From Gemmatimonadaceae bacterium (GTDB lineage: Bacteria; Gemmatimonadota; Gemmatimonadetes; Gemmatimonadales; Gemmatimonadaceae), in assembly GCA_051859245.1 (NCBI GenBank), contig JBHYGA010000007.1:32001-96000 (forward strand): 64,000 bases of DNA. Direction: 5' to 3'. Of this stretch, positions 51,284 to 60,365 are shown in pieces; the stretch's first letter is position 1, and every line of letters starts with the position of its first letter. Under the pieces are notes generated by a model. It was not told the origin of the DNA and ran no database searches. It saw only the letters and a list, made by a program, of their open reading frames with translations. The position numbers and the translations under genes were made by a program.

Positions 51284-52240
51284 CTACACACTCGCTGCAA
51301 GCAGCGACTCAAGCTTGTCGAATGAACCCGTCCACCCACTCGTCATCCCCGCGCGTTCCTCGATAAACGCCGAGATTTCATGTGGTGCCGCGGTTCCGAA
51401 AACGGACGTGCGAAGTGTGACGCGCGTGTGTCCCGCCGCTTCTTCAGTAAACTGCACGGTGGTGTACAGCGCTTCGGGCCAGTCCGGCGCGCCGGGATGT
51501 CGCGCAATGCCTTCGTGTTCATCCGTGAATACCTGCGTGTACTCGATGCGGTGCGGGCGATCGACCGCGAGGTAGTGGATGCGTCCATACATCGTGAACT
51601 CACCGTTCGACATGGCGAACACATTCTCGCCGCCGCTCGCGATATTCGCGCGACGAATCTCCATCGTGAAGCCAACCGGTGGCAGCCACTGCGCCAGGTG
51701 TTCGGGCGTGGTAAACATATCGAAGAGGGTATTGATCGGCGCGTCGAAACTGCGATTGATCACGAATACGTCTTCGTTTGACGCCTGCTTCTCGAGATAC
51801 TCGGCCAGTCGATCCCACGTGGAGTTGCCACCAGCCGCCTTGATGAACACGCGCGCGTTCTGCGCTGCTTCCGCCGACTCGAGTGTCATACACAGTTCAA
51901 GCTCTGTACGATCACCGAGATCGCGAAAATTCACTGTCATGCGAAACATCGGTGCGGTGTCGGCCGACGTCGCGCCGTGATCGTACACCAATCGCGACTG
52001 CGGCACGACTTCGTGATAGCGGGTAAAGTTCGGCCAGTCTTTGCCGTCGGGACCGTGCATGGTATACACCCACGTGCCTCCCACGCGCAGATCTTTGCTG
52101 TGTGTGGTGATCGTGAATCCACGCGGCCCCCACCACTGCGATGCGTGCTTGTCGTTGGTGTAGGCTTCCCACACAAGCGCTACCGGCGCTTCATACACAC
52201 GGGTGATGCGAATTTCGCGAGCGCTCTCAGCAGTGGTCAT
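51284..52240 (-). CDS. Tandem SRPBCC (AHSA1-like) domain protein
   Basis: Two repeats: ITRVYEAPVALVWEAYT..WWGP and INRSFDAPI..FT.PE...W.P; GWTGSFDKL. Confidence 0.92.
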   Translation of the reverse strand: MTTAESAREIRITRVYEAPVALVWEAYTNDKHASQWWGPRGFTITTHSKDLRVGGTWVYTMHGPDGKDWPNFTRYHEVVPQSRLVYDHGATSADTAPMFRMTVNFRDLGDRTELELCMTLESAEAAQNARVFIKAAGGNSTWDRLAEYLEKQASNEDVFVINRSFDAPINTLFDMFTTPEHLAQWLPPVGFTMEIRRANIASGGENVFAMSNGEFTMYGRIHYLAVDRPHRIEYTQVFTDEHEGIARHPGAPDWPEALYTTVQFTEEAAGHTRVTLRTSVFGTAAPHEISAFIEERAGMTSGWTGSFDKLESLLAASV

Positions 52241-52613
52241 CGGTCGAGTGGTGTGAGGTGTCGGTGTCTTTCGCTCCGGCAGGCGCAGCGGTGGTCACGG
52301 TCTTCAGGTATTCGCCGAGGCGATCAAGGCTCGCTTCCATGTGCGCGCGGTACTCCTCCATCCACGCGGCCACATCGTGCAGTGGTTCGGCGTTGAGCGT
52401 GCACGGACGCCACTGCGCCTCGCGGCCCTTGGTCACCAGCCCGGCCTTTTCCAACACCTTGAGGTGCTTGGTCACTGCGGGCAGTGTCATGCGGCCGAGG
52501 AACGGCTCGGCCAGCTGGGTCACGCTCGCCTCGCCATGCCTGAGACGCGACAGGATCGCGCGGCGGGTGGGGTCGGCGAGGGCAGAGAAGGTTTGGCTGA
52601 GGGCGTCTTGCAT
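52227..52613 (-). CDS. ArsR/SmtB-family regulator
   Basis: FSALADPTRRAIL, PAVTKHLKVLEKAGLV, GREAQWRPC. Confidence 0.95.
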   Translation of the reverse strand: MQDALSQTFSALADPTRRAILSRLRHGEASVTQLAEPFLGRMTLPAVTKHLKVLEKAGLVTKGREAQWRPCTLNAEPLHDVAAWMEEYRAHMEASLDRLGEYLKTVTTAAPAGAKDTDTSHHSTDDHC

Positions 52614-52616
52614 AAA

Positions 52617-52646
52617 ATACCAAAGGGTTAAATAACCAGAAGGTAT
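52617..52646. promoter_or_regulatory. Putative ArsR operator
   Basis: 30-bp dyad ATACC-aaag-GGTTA-AA-TAACC-agaa-GGTAT immediately upstream of the arsR start. Confidence 0.7.
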
Positions 52647-52748
52647 AATAAGCAGTCATTTTGATCGCGCAAGGGCTGGCACGGCGGTCAAAGAACACTG
52701 CATCTTCGGCACCATCTGCAGGCACTCACCTCGACATCCTCAGGCACC

Positions 52749-54452
52749 ATGCGTCGCACACCCATTGGTTACGCCGTCGCGTTCGTTGGCGCGCTTATCA
52801 CGTTCGCCACGTCGGCTCAGGCCCAACACATCGTGGGCACACGTGACGCGCGGTCGCTGCGCACGGACAGCCTCTTTCAACGCTTCGACCGCACCGACTC
52901 TCCCGGCTGCGCGGTAGGCGTCTATCAAGACGGCAAACTGCAGTACGGACGCGGCTACGGTATGGCCAGTCTCGAACACGGCGTGCCGCTCAACACGCGC
53001 ACCGTGCTCGACGTGGGCTCCATTTCCAAGCAGTTCACAGCCATGGCCATTCTCATCCTCGAGAAGGACGGCAAACTCTCGCTCGAGGATCCGCTGCGCA
53101 AACACTTCCCCGAGATGCCACCGTACGCTGCCAAGGTGACCCTGCGTCGTGCGCTGAGTCAGACGAGCGGACTGCGCGATCTCTGGACCATGTGGGGGCA
53201 GACCGGTCGCACTTTCGCGGGCGACACGATTGATGCGCTGCGGGTGATTACGCGTTCGGCCGAAACCAACTACGTCCCTGGCGAGAAGTATCTGTACACG
53301 AACTCGGGGTGGATTCTGGCCGCGCAACTCGTGTATCGCCTGACCGGCAAAACGCTCGCGCAGTTTGCCGAAGAGCGCATGTTCGCACCACTCGGTATGC
53401 GCGACACGCGATTCTTTTCCGATAACGCCGCTGTCATTCCGAATCTCGCCACCGCGTACTCGCCACGCGCCGGTGGTTTTCGTGTCGCACGCAACACGTA
53501 TGACGGCGCGATCATGGGTGCGGGTGGTGTGCACACCACCATCGAAGACTATGGTCGCTGGCTCAACAACTACGACGATGCCACCGTTGGTGGACGCGAT
53601 GTGATCACCACCATGACCACGGCCACAACGCTCAACGATGGCAAACCCGCCAAGTCTGGGGCAACGCAGGCGTACGCCGTTGGGCTGAACGTGGGCACGC
53701 TGCGCGGACTGCCCGTGGTCTCTCACGGCGGGAGCTGGGCGGGCTACCGCGCACACTTTCTGCGTTTTCCTGAACAGCGATTTGCCGTGTCAACATTTTG
53801 CAATCACAGTGCTGCCGGTCCGGACTCACTCGCGCGCAACGTTGCCGCAATCTACCTCGGCGAAAAAATGCGCCCCGACAGTGCGGCCCTGTGGCGCGCT
53901 GCACTCGCGAAAGCGTCGCCGGTGCAGATGCCGCTTGACCAACTGCGCGCGCTCCCGGGTGTGTGGCGCAACGTTGAGCGCGGCGAAGTTCGGCGTACCA
54001 GGCTTTCCGGAGACACACTGTACCTCCTGACGGGTGAGCGTACCCGTCTCGCGCCAATTGCCCGAGGCGGGTTTCGTGCCGGCGCCGATTCCGAGATCGG
54101 ATTTCAAGGCGAGGCGGGCTCGCTCACCCGAATGCTCGTAATCGGAAGTGCAGACACCGCTGTGTTCACGCGCGCTGACACGGTGGTGTTGAACGCCGCA
54201 AGACTCGCGGAATACGCTGGTGAATATCGCAATGACGAGATCGAGACGACGCATCGTTGGGTCGTCGAGAAAGAGCAGTTGATGCTCATTGCAAACGAGC
54301 GTCACATGGGGGCGCTCGAGCCGACGTATGCTGACGGCTTTCTGCGTGGTGCTTCGGTGATTGATGTGCAGCGGGACGGGCGCGGACGCATCACGGGTTA
54401 CACCGTGCAGTCAGGGCGCGTGCGTAACCTGCGCTTTACGAGAGTGCGATAG
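52749..54452 (+). CDS. Secreted serine hydrolase (beta-lactamase/D-aminopeptidase-like)
   Basis: SISK, YTN, HGG motifs; SPGCAVGV; signal peptide AQA. Confidence 0.92.
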   Translation: MRRTPIGYAVAFVGALITFATSAQAQHIVGTRDARSLRTDSLFQRFDRTDSPGCAVGVYQDGKLQYGRGYGMASLEHGVPLNTRTVLDVGSISKQFTAMAILILEKDGKLSLEDPLRKHFPEMPPYAAKVTLRRALSQTSGLRDLWTMWGQTGRTFAGDTIDALRVITRSAETNYVPGEKYLYTNSGWILAAQLVYRLTGKTLAQFAEERMFAPLGMRDTRFFSDNAAVIPNLATAYSPRAGGFRVARNTYDGAIMGAGGVHTTIEDYGRWLNNYDDATVGGRDVITTMTTATTLNDGKPAKSGATQAYAVGLNVGTLRGLPVVSHGGSWAGYRAHFLRFPEQRFAVSTFCNHSAAGPDSLARNVAAIYLGEKMRPDSAALWRAALAKASPVQMPLDQLRALPGVWRNVERGEVRRTRLSGDTLYLLTGERTRLAPIARGGFRAGADSEIGFQGEAGSLTRMLVIGSADTAVFTRADTVVLNAARLAEYAGEYRNDEIETTHRWVVEKEQLMLIANERHMGALEPTYADGFLRGASVIDVQRDGRGRITGYTVQSGRVRNLRFTRVR

Positions 54453-54455
54453 CGC

Positions 54456-55325
54456 CTATTCCTTGGCCGCTGTGCTCGATGCACGCAGCATCATTGTTGC
54501 GGCGTACACCACCACCACAATCACCAGCCAGCGCAGCAAATTGATCGGCAGTGACGTCACGAGCAGCGCCGCTACCAGCACGCCGGGAATACCACCAAGT
54601 GTAAGACCGAGTGCGGGCTGATTCACCTGACTGCGCTGTTTCACAAACGCGATGCTGCCAAGTACCGCCGCGAAGGCGCCACTTCCCATCATGATCGGGA
54701 ACGCGGCACGCGGATCCATGCCGAGCACACTGAGCAGCACAAACGTTGGTCCGTAGTTGCCGACGCCGAGCATGAGCAGCGCGCCCAGCACAAAGTTGAC
54801 GCCTAGCGCAATAAAGAGTGCACTGCCGCTGAGCGATAGCGCGGTACCGCCCAGCGGCATGGCGTTGAGTTGTGCAACCGTCATGAACAGCGCGGCCACC
54901 AGCAACGCGGTGCCCATGCCAATCTGAATCGGGCGCCGCGGCAAGCGGGAAACAACACGGGCGCCCGCAAAGCCGCCAACGATGGCAACGGCGATCATGA
55001 GCAGCAGCAGTGTGGAGTCAATCTCCACTTTGGTAATGAAGATGAGCGCCTGCGCGACCACCGGCAGTGTGAGCCCGACAATCATCGTGCCCGGCAATCG
55101 TTCATCCGGCACCATGCGCAGCGTCTTGAACGCGGTGGTGGTAGTGGCCAGTGATCCGATGCCAAGCGTGTCGAAGAAGTTCACAAAGAACCCGATCACG
55201 ACCTGCACCAGCGTTGGGCGCAGGCGCTCGGGGGAATGTGGGTCGACGGACTGCCACCACCGCCACAGAAAGAACGCGGCTTGCAGCACGATGGCGGCGA
55301 GGAGAAACTTCCGGATATCGGTCAC
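54456..55325 (-). CDS. TauE/SafE (sulfite exporter)-family membrane protein
   Basis: NFFDTLGIGS, LGVGNYGP, AAFPIMMGS, LGGIPGVLVAA; multiple TM helices. Confidence 0.8.
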   Translation of the reverse strand: MTDIRKFLLAAIVLQAAFFLWRWWQSVDPHSPERLRPTLVQVVIGFFVNFFDTLGIGSLATTTTAFKTLRMVPDERLPGTMIVGLTLPVVAQALIFITKVEIDSTLLLLMIAVAIVGGFAGARVVSRLPRRPIQIGMGTALLVAALFMTVAQLNAMPLGGTALSLSGSALFIALGVNFVLGALLMLGVGNYGPTFVLLSVLGMDPRAAFPIMMGSGAFAAVLGSIAFVKQRSQVNQPALGLTLGGIPGVLVAALLVTSLPINLLRWLVIVVVVYAATMMLRASSTAAKE

Positions 55326-55378
55326 GGCGCAAATCTACAGCCTGCGTTCACGAAATATGAGGCAACAACGAGGTTGTC

Positions 55379-55732
55379 ATGAGCACGAACGATGAGTTCA
55401 CGCTGTTCGACCTGAAGGTAGAAGTCGTGGCCAACCGCGGCCGCATGATGTGCCACGAGCGCATCGGCGATTACTTCGAGGTGCGATCAGGTACGATCGT
55501 CATGCCTAACGGCCAGGGCTTTCCGCTCTACGCCATGGCAGCGTTGTTGCCGCTGTTGCCCGCCAAGCAGCGTGTCACGCACCCGAACGACTGGATGACG
55601 ACCGACTCGGATATTGCCTGTCCCGACGTGCACTGCGGCGCCGTGTTTCGCATCTCACGCACTGGTACGCGCACATTGCGACATTCCGAAGAAAGCGGCG
55701 AGTCGCTCTCCAGTACGCGCGAGCACCCGTGA
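55379..55732 (+). CDS. TIGR04076-like small Cys-containing protein
   Basis: LFDLKVEV..C....GDYFE...LLPLLPAKQR..NDWM..IACPD..CG; GAGG RBS. Confidence 0.75.
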   Translation: MSTNDEFTLFDLKVEVVANRGRMMCHERIGDYFEVRSGTIVMPNGQGFPLYAMAALLPLLPAKQRVTHPNDWMTTDSDIACPDVHCGAVFRISRTGTRTLRHSEESGESLSSTREHP

Positions 55733-56778
55733 GCCAGATCGCACGACGCGCGCTCTCGCCGGACTACGATATTCCGCCCATCATTGCTGGCGCGTGGCAG
55801 CTCTCGGAAGGGCACTCAGCAAACGCGATCGATCGCCAGGAGTTGTTTGCGGCGTGGGACCTGCTCGCGGCCCACGGGTGCGATACGTTCGATTGCGCGG
55901 ATATTTACACTGGCGTTGAATCGCTGATCGGTGATTACCGCGCGGCGCGGCCGGGCCAACGTGTGCAGGTGCACACCAAGTTCGTGCCGGATCGCGATGC
56001 CCTGATGCATGTTGATCGAGCGTACGTGACACGCATTGTTGAGCGCTCACTGTCGCGGCTGCGCACCGACGCACTCGACCTCGTGCAGTTCCACTGGTGG
56101 CGCTACGACGTGCCCGGCATGGTGGACATTGCGGGTGTGCTCACTGACCTGCGCCAGGCGGGCAAGATCCGGAATCTAGCGCTCACCAACACCAACTCGG
56201 CGTACACGCGTGCACTGCTTGACGCTGGTATTCCGCTGGTGGCAACGCAGGTGCAGTACTCAGTGCTTGATCGCCGCGCCGCCGCGCAACTCGCACCGCT
56301 CGCTGTTGCACACAATATGCAGCTGCTGTGTTACGGCTCGGTGGCTGGCGGATTCCTGAGCGAAGCGTGGCGCGATGTGAATGAGCCAGATGGGACGCTC
56401 GAGAACCGTTCGCTCATCAAATATCGTCTCGTGATCAATGACTGCGGCGGATGGCCGGCGCTTCAGCAGCTGCTCACGGTGCTCGGCGATATCGCATCGC
56501 GGCACCAGGTGGGTATTGCGAACGTCGCGCAAAGATGGGTGCTCGACCAGGCAGGTACCGGTGCGGTGATCGTGGGTTTCCGCACCGTCGCGAGCGCGCG
56601 GCGTACCGTGTCTACGCTTGGTCTTCAGCTGAGCGCAGATGATCACGCCCAGCTTGAGGCAGTGCTGTCCGGCATGCCGATGCCTGCGGGTGATGTGTAC
56701 GACGCCGAGCGTGATCCGCACTCGCCGCACGCCGGGATTATTCGGTACAATCTGAATACGGTGAGCGCGGGCGAGTAG
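55729..56778 (+). CDS. Aldo/keto reductase
   Basis: GAWQLS, FDCADIY, HTKF, LDLVQFHWW catalytic tetrad, QVQYSVLDRR. Confidence 0.93.
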   Translation: MSQIARRALSPDYDIPPIIAGAWQLSEGHSANAIDRQELFAAWDLLAAHGCDTFDCADIYTGVESLIGDYRAARPGQRVQVHTKFVPDRDALMHVDRAYVTRIVERSLSRLRTDALDLVQFHWWRYDVPGMVDIAGVLTDLRQAGKIRNLALTNTNSAYTRALLDAGIPLVATQVQYSVLDRRAAAQLAPLAVAHNMQLLCYGSVAGGFLSEAWRDVNEPDGTLENRSLIKYRLVINDCGGWPALQQLLTVLGDIASRHQVGIANVAQRWVLDQAGTGAVIVGFRTVASARRTVSTLGLQLSADDHAQLEAVLSGMPMPAGDVYDAERDPHSPHAGIIRYNLNTVSAGE

Positions 56779-56870
56779 CGCGGCGCCTGTATACGCAGGG
56801 CGCTGGCCTATGCGCGGCGCCGAGCTAGATGCAGTTTGCCTCTCCCGAAACCCCATCCCGAGGGCATCGT

Positions 56871-58658
56871 ATGGATACCATGGCCCTCAACGATCCCACG
56901 CCCTCGCCTGAGTTCCTCGCCCTGCAAGCGCAGGTTGCCGGCCGCTACTCCCTCGACCGCGAGATTGGCCGCGGCGGCATGGGCATTGTGTACCTCGCGC
57001 GCGAAGTCGCCCTCGACCGTCTCGTGGCGATCAAACTGCTGCCGCCCGCCCTGGCGGCCGATCAGAGACTGCGCGATCGATTCTTGCGTGAGGCGCGAAC
57101 GGCCGCGCAGCTGTCGCACCCGCACATTGTGTCGATCTACGCGGTGGAGTCGCACGAGTCACTCGTGTTTTTTGTCATGGAATACATTGCCGGTGAAACG
57201 CTCGGCGAACGTATTCGCACACGTGGGGCGTTGCCCACGGCCGATGCGCTGCGCGTGATGCAGGAAGTGAGTTGGGCAATCGCGCACGCGCACGCGCGTG
57301 GCGTGGTGCATCGTGATATCAAGCCGGACAACATACTGATCGAAGCCGGCAGCGACCGCGCGCTTGTCACGGACTTCGGTATTGCTGCCTTCGGTGATAC
57401 CAACACGCCGGTCGGCGGGGCCATGGGCACGATGCATTTCATGAGTCCGGAACAGGCGCTCGGTAGCGCGCCGGATGTGCGCGGCGATGTGTACGCGCTT
57501 GGAGTCACGGCGTACGCTGCGCTCGCGGGTCGAAAGCCTTTCGAGGGCGCCAACGGCATGGCGGTGGTGGCGCAGCAAGCGAGCAGCGCTGCGCCGGCCA
57601 TTCGCACGTTTGTACCAGCGCTTTCGTCTGCTGCGGCGGCGGTGGTTGATCGGGCGCTTGCACGCGATCCGAGCGAGCGCTGGGCCTCGGTTGAGGAGTT
57701 CGCCGCTGCGCTGCAGGGTGCTCGCGCATTGGCGCCGGCGCTACCGATTCCACTCCGGAAATTTGTGCGTGACGCGCTCGAAAATGGCAATCAGCTGAGT
57801 GCTGTTGTTGGAGGAACCGTCAGTGCCGCGGCCGCTGCCGCGCTCGTCGACGCGTTCGTTACCAATAGTTTTTTGGGGCTTGAAAGCTTTTTGTTCCTGA
57901 TCGTGGCCGCGCTCGGTACGGGTCTCACTTTGCTGTTGCTCGGTACCCAGGTGCAGTCGATTCGTGCGATTGCCAAGGGTGGCTACACACGTGACGCCGC
58001 GTTGCGCGCGGTGCGTCAACTTGACGAAGAAAACGAAGCCGTTGCGCCATCGACGTCTGGTCGACTCGGCGGCCTTTGGGATCGCCCTGTTGCTGTGAAC
58101 GGGATTGGTGTTGGTCTCACCGCGCTCGGCATCATCGGCACCGTGCAGATTCAAAGTCTGCTCACGATTCCGTTCATTCTCACGGCACTCATCATGCCCG
58201 TTGTCACCGTGCGGCGACTGCTTGAGTTGCACGGCGCCAAGGGCTCGTGGTGGGGCAGGCTCTTTCGCACCAAAGCAGGGCAGCGTGTGTGGTCGCTGGC
58301 CACGATCGGTCTGAAGAAGATTCGCTCCGCACCCAGTTCCGGCGAGCCCACCGCGATGGTGCTCGGCAGTGCGATTCACGAGTTGTATGACGCACTGCCA
58401 ACCGCCGAGCGTCAGGTGCTGGCCGATGTGCCAAGCCTGATCGATCGTCTGTCAGCGCGCGCGCTTGATCATGCCGACGCGCAGCGGGTGGATGCGATCA
58501 TGGCGCTCGAAACGCTGCGACTTGATCTCATGAAGCTGCGCGCCGGACAGATCGCGGCGGATGGCATGACCGCTGATTACGAACGATTGCGCGAAGTGGG
58601 CTATCGGGTGGACGCGGTAGGTGAGCTGCGTGATGAGCGGTTGTTGACGCCGGTGTAG
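56871..58658 (+). CDS. Hanks-type Ser/Thr protein kinase with several TM helices
   Basis: GRGGMG, VAIK, HRDIKPDN, DFG, MSPEQ, DVYALG; hydrophobic C-terminal segments. Confidence 0.95.
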   Translation: MDTMALNDPTPSPEFLALQAQVAGRYSLDREIGRGGMGIVYLAREVALDRLVAIKLLPPALAADQRLRDRFLREARTAAQLSHPHIVSIYAVESHESLVFFVMEYIAGETLGERIRTRGALPTADALRVMQEVSWAIAHAHARGVVHRDIKPDNILIEAGSDRALVTDFGIAAFGDTNTPVGGAMGTMHFMSPEQALGSAPDVRGDVYALGVTAYAALAGRKPFEGANGMAVVAQQASSAAPAIRTFVPALSSAAAAVVDRALARDPSERWASVEEFAAALQGARALAPALPIPLRKFVRDALENGNQLSAVVGGTVSAAAAAALVDAFVTNSFLGLESFLFLIVAALGTGLTLLLLGTQVQSIRAIAKGGYTRDAALRAVRQLDEENEAVAPSTSGRLGGLWDRPVAVNGIGVGLTALGIIGTVQIQSLLTIPFILTALIMPVVTVRRLLELHGAKGSWWGRLFRTKAGQRVWSLATIGLKKIRSAPSSGEPTAMVLGSAIHELYDALPTAERQVLADVPSLIDRLSARALDHADAQRVDAIMALETLRLDLMKLRAGQIAADGMTADYERLREVGYRVDAVGELRDERLLTPV

Positions 58659-58677
58659 ATGAATCCAGGAGGCAGGG

Positions 58678-60192
58678 TCACCCCCACGCCGCCAGCACTG
58701 CCTCCACCTCATCCGACGCGTCAAGCGATTCCAGCGCAGCGCCCGCTTCCAGCAACTGCTTCGCGATGGCAGCAAACGCACCATTGCGAGGCCCGTTGAG
58801 TGAGCCGTGGCAGCACCAGCCGAGCGGCGTGCTCTGATACCTCGCGTCGCGAGTCGCAAGCAGCGCGCGCCCCGCGGGATAGCCAAGAATCGCAGCCACG
58901 CTGTCGTGTGAGCCTTGCCACGCCGCACAGTGCAACGCGGTACCGGAGTCGTGTCCTGGTGTTGACGGGTCGAATCCCAGCTCGAGCATTAGTGCAACAG
59001 CGGGCGCATTGCCGTCCCACGCGGCATCGCTGATCAGGCGTTGATCGGCAGCGCTGAGCGATGTGACAAGCGCAGGATGATCACGCAGCAGTGTGTGCGC
59101 TCGCGCGCGATCAGCGCTTCGACACGCCAAACGCAACTGCTGTAGCGGTGTCGCAAACGGCAGCATTGCGTTGACCGTGTCGGGATGCCCGAACTGCGCG
59201 GCCACATCAAGCGGTGATCGATTGCTGCCAATCGTCCAGAGATAAATGTGTGAACTGCTGGGCGGTTGTTCTGCGTACTCGCCGCGCCCCGTCTGTAGAT
59301 CAAGCAGCGTTGGATCACGTTGCAGCATGGTGACCACATCGCCTGTGCGCCCCAAGGCAGTGGCGAGAAAAATATCCGCAGCTGCACCGCGCTCCACGAG
59401 ATATTGCGCCAGTGCGTAGCGGCCCGCACCCTGTGATCGTTCGAGCATCCACTCGGCCGGCGTTGCGCGATGGTCCACGTCGCGCGCGTTGATGTCAGCG
59501 CCGGCATCGAGCAACAGATCGACCACACGTTGCGAACGCGCAAAATGCAGCGGCGTTTGTCCGTCACCGCCACGTTCCATGGCGCGTGTACGATCGTGAG
59601 CCAGTATGGCCGACATCGCTGACACGTTGTCGAGGTGAGCAGCAGCGCACGCGTCCATCACGGCACCCGCCGCGATTAAACGATCCGCCGCCTCTCCGGT
59701 TGCGACGTGCAACGCGTGAAAACCGCCGGCCCACCAGTTGCTGCGTTGATTTGAATTTGCGCCAAACTCAAGCAGAACCTCTACCATCGCCGCATCGTTG
59801 GCACAGGCCACGATCGCCGGCGAGTTAAACGGGAACAGCGGCGCGTTGATCAGCGGCCGGAACTCCGCGTGCTGCGAGAACAGCTGACGTGCCGCCGCCG
59901 CGTCGCCCCGCTGCATGGCGTAGTGCAGCTGTTCATGCGGCGCGCGTGCCGCAGCGATGCGATCGGTAATGTGCGTTTTGAGCGCACTCCAGTCGTGAAA
60001 GCCGTACTCGCGCGCCAGGACAAACTGCGCGTCGGCCAGCACGATTGTGTTTTTGTCAGGCAGCACCGCACGCACACGCGCGGTTGCCGTGGGATCGGCC
60101 GCGGCGTAGTCACGCAGCAGTTCTTTCGCCTGAGTTTTTTGCTGCGCGAGATCAACACGCGCGGGCAAGGAACGTGTAAACGGTGACACCAT
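58678..60192 (-). CDS. Ankyrin-repeat protein with an uncharacterised N-terminal helical domain
   Basis: GQTPLHFA, GTALHCAAWQG, STPLGW repeats; N-terminal LPARVDL..QKTQAKELL...LADAQFVLAREYGFHDW. Confidence 0.92.
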   Translation of the reverse strand: MVSPFTRSLPARVDLAQQKTQAKELLRDYAAADPTATARVRAVLPDKNTIVLADAQFVLAREYGFHDWSALKTHITDRIAAARAPHEQLHYAMQRGDAAAARQLFSQHAEFRPLINAPLFPFNSPAIVACANDAAMVEVLLEFGANSNQRSNWWAGGFHALHVATGEAADRLIAAGAVMDACAAAHLDNVSAMSAILAHDRTRAMERGGDGQTPLHFARSQRVVDLLLDAGADINARDVDHRATPAEWMLERSQGAGRYALAQYLVERGAAADIFLATALGRTGDVVTMLQRDPTLLDLQTGRGEYAEQPPSSSHIYLWTIGSNRSPLDVAAQFGHPDTVNAMLPFATPLQQLRLACRSADRARAHTLLRDHPALVTSLSAADQRLISDAAWDGNAPAVALMLELGFDPSTPGHDSGTALHCAAWQGSHDSVAAILGYPAGRALLATRDARYQSTPLGWCCHGSLNGPRNGAFAAIAKQLLEAGAALESLDASDEVEAVLAAWG

Positions 60193-60313
60193 GGAACGCC
60201 TCCTTCGTGGTGGCCGGCGTCCGCACCATCGGCCCGAAGAGGGCGTGTGGAGTCATGCGAGTGCGTGGGTGGGCGCTGCCCTTTCCGCGGACCGGAGGCG
60301 TTCCATCACGCCG
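60190..60313 (-). ncRNA. Candidate cis-regulatory structured 5' leader of the ankyrin gene
   Basis: Perfect 13-bp inverted repeat (60191-60203 / 60294-60306) pairing over the SD and AUG, plus nested helices. Confidence 0.65.
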
Positions 60314-60319
60314 AGCCGC

Positions 60320-60348
60320 AATATCTGAGCACCATGGCGTTTTGGCAA
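60320..60348 (-). promoter_or_regulatory. Putative sigma70-type promoter TTGCCA-N17-GATATT
   Basis: -35 at 60348-60343, -10 at 60325-60320; would start transcription just before the anti-SD arm. Confidence 0.5.
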
Positions 60349-60365
60349 GCGTGGTATTCCGCCCG

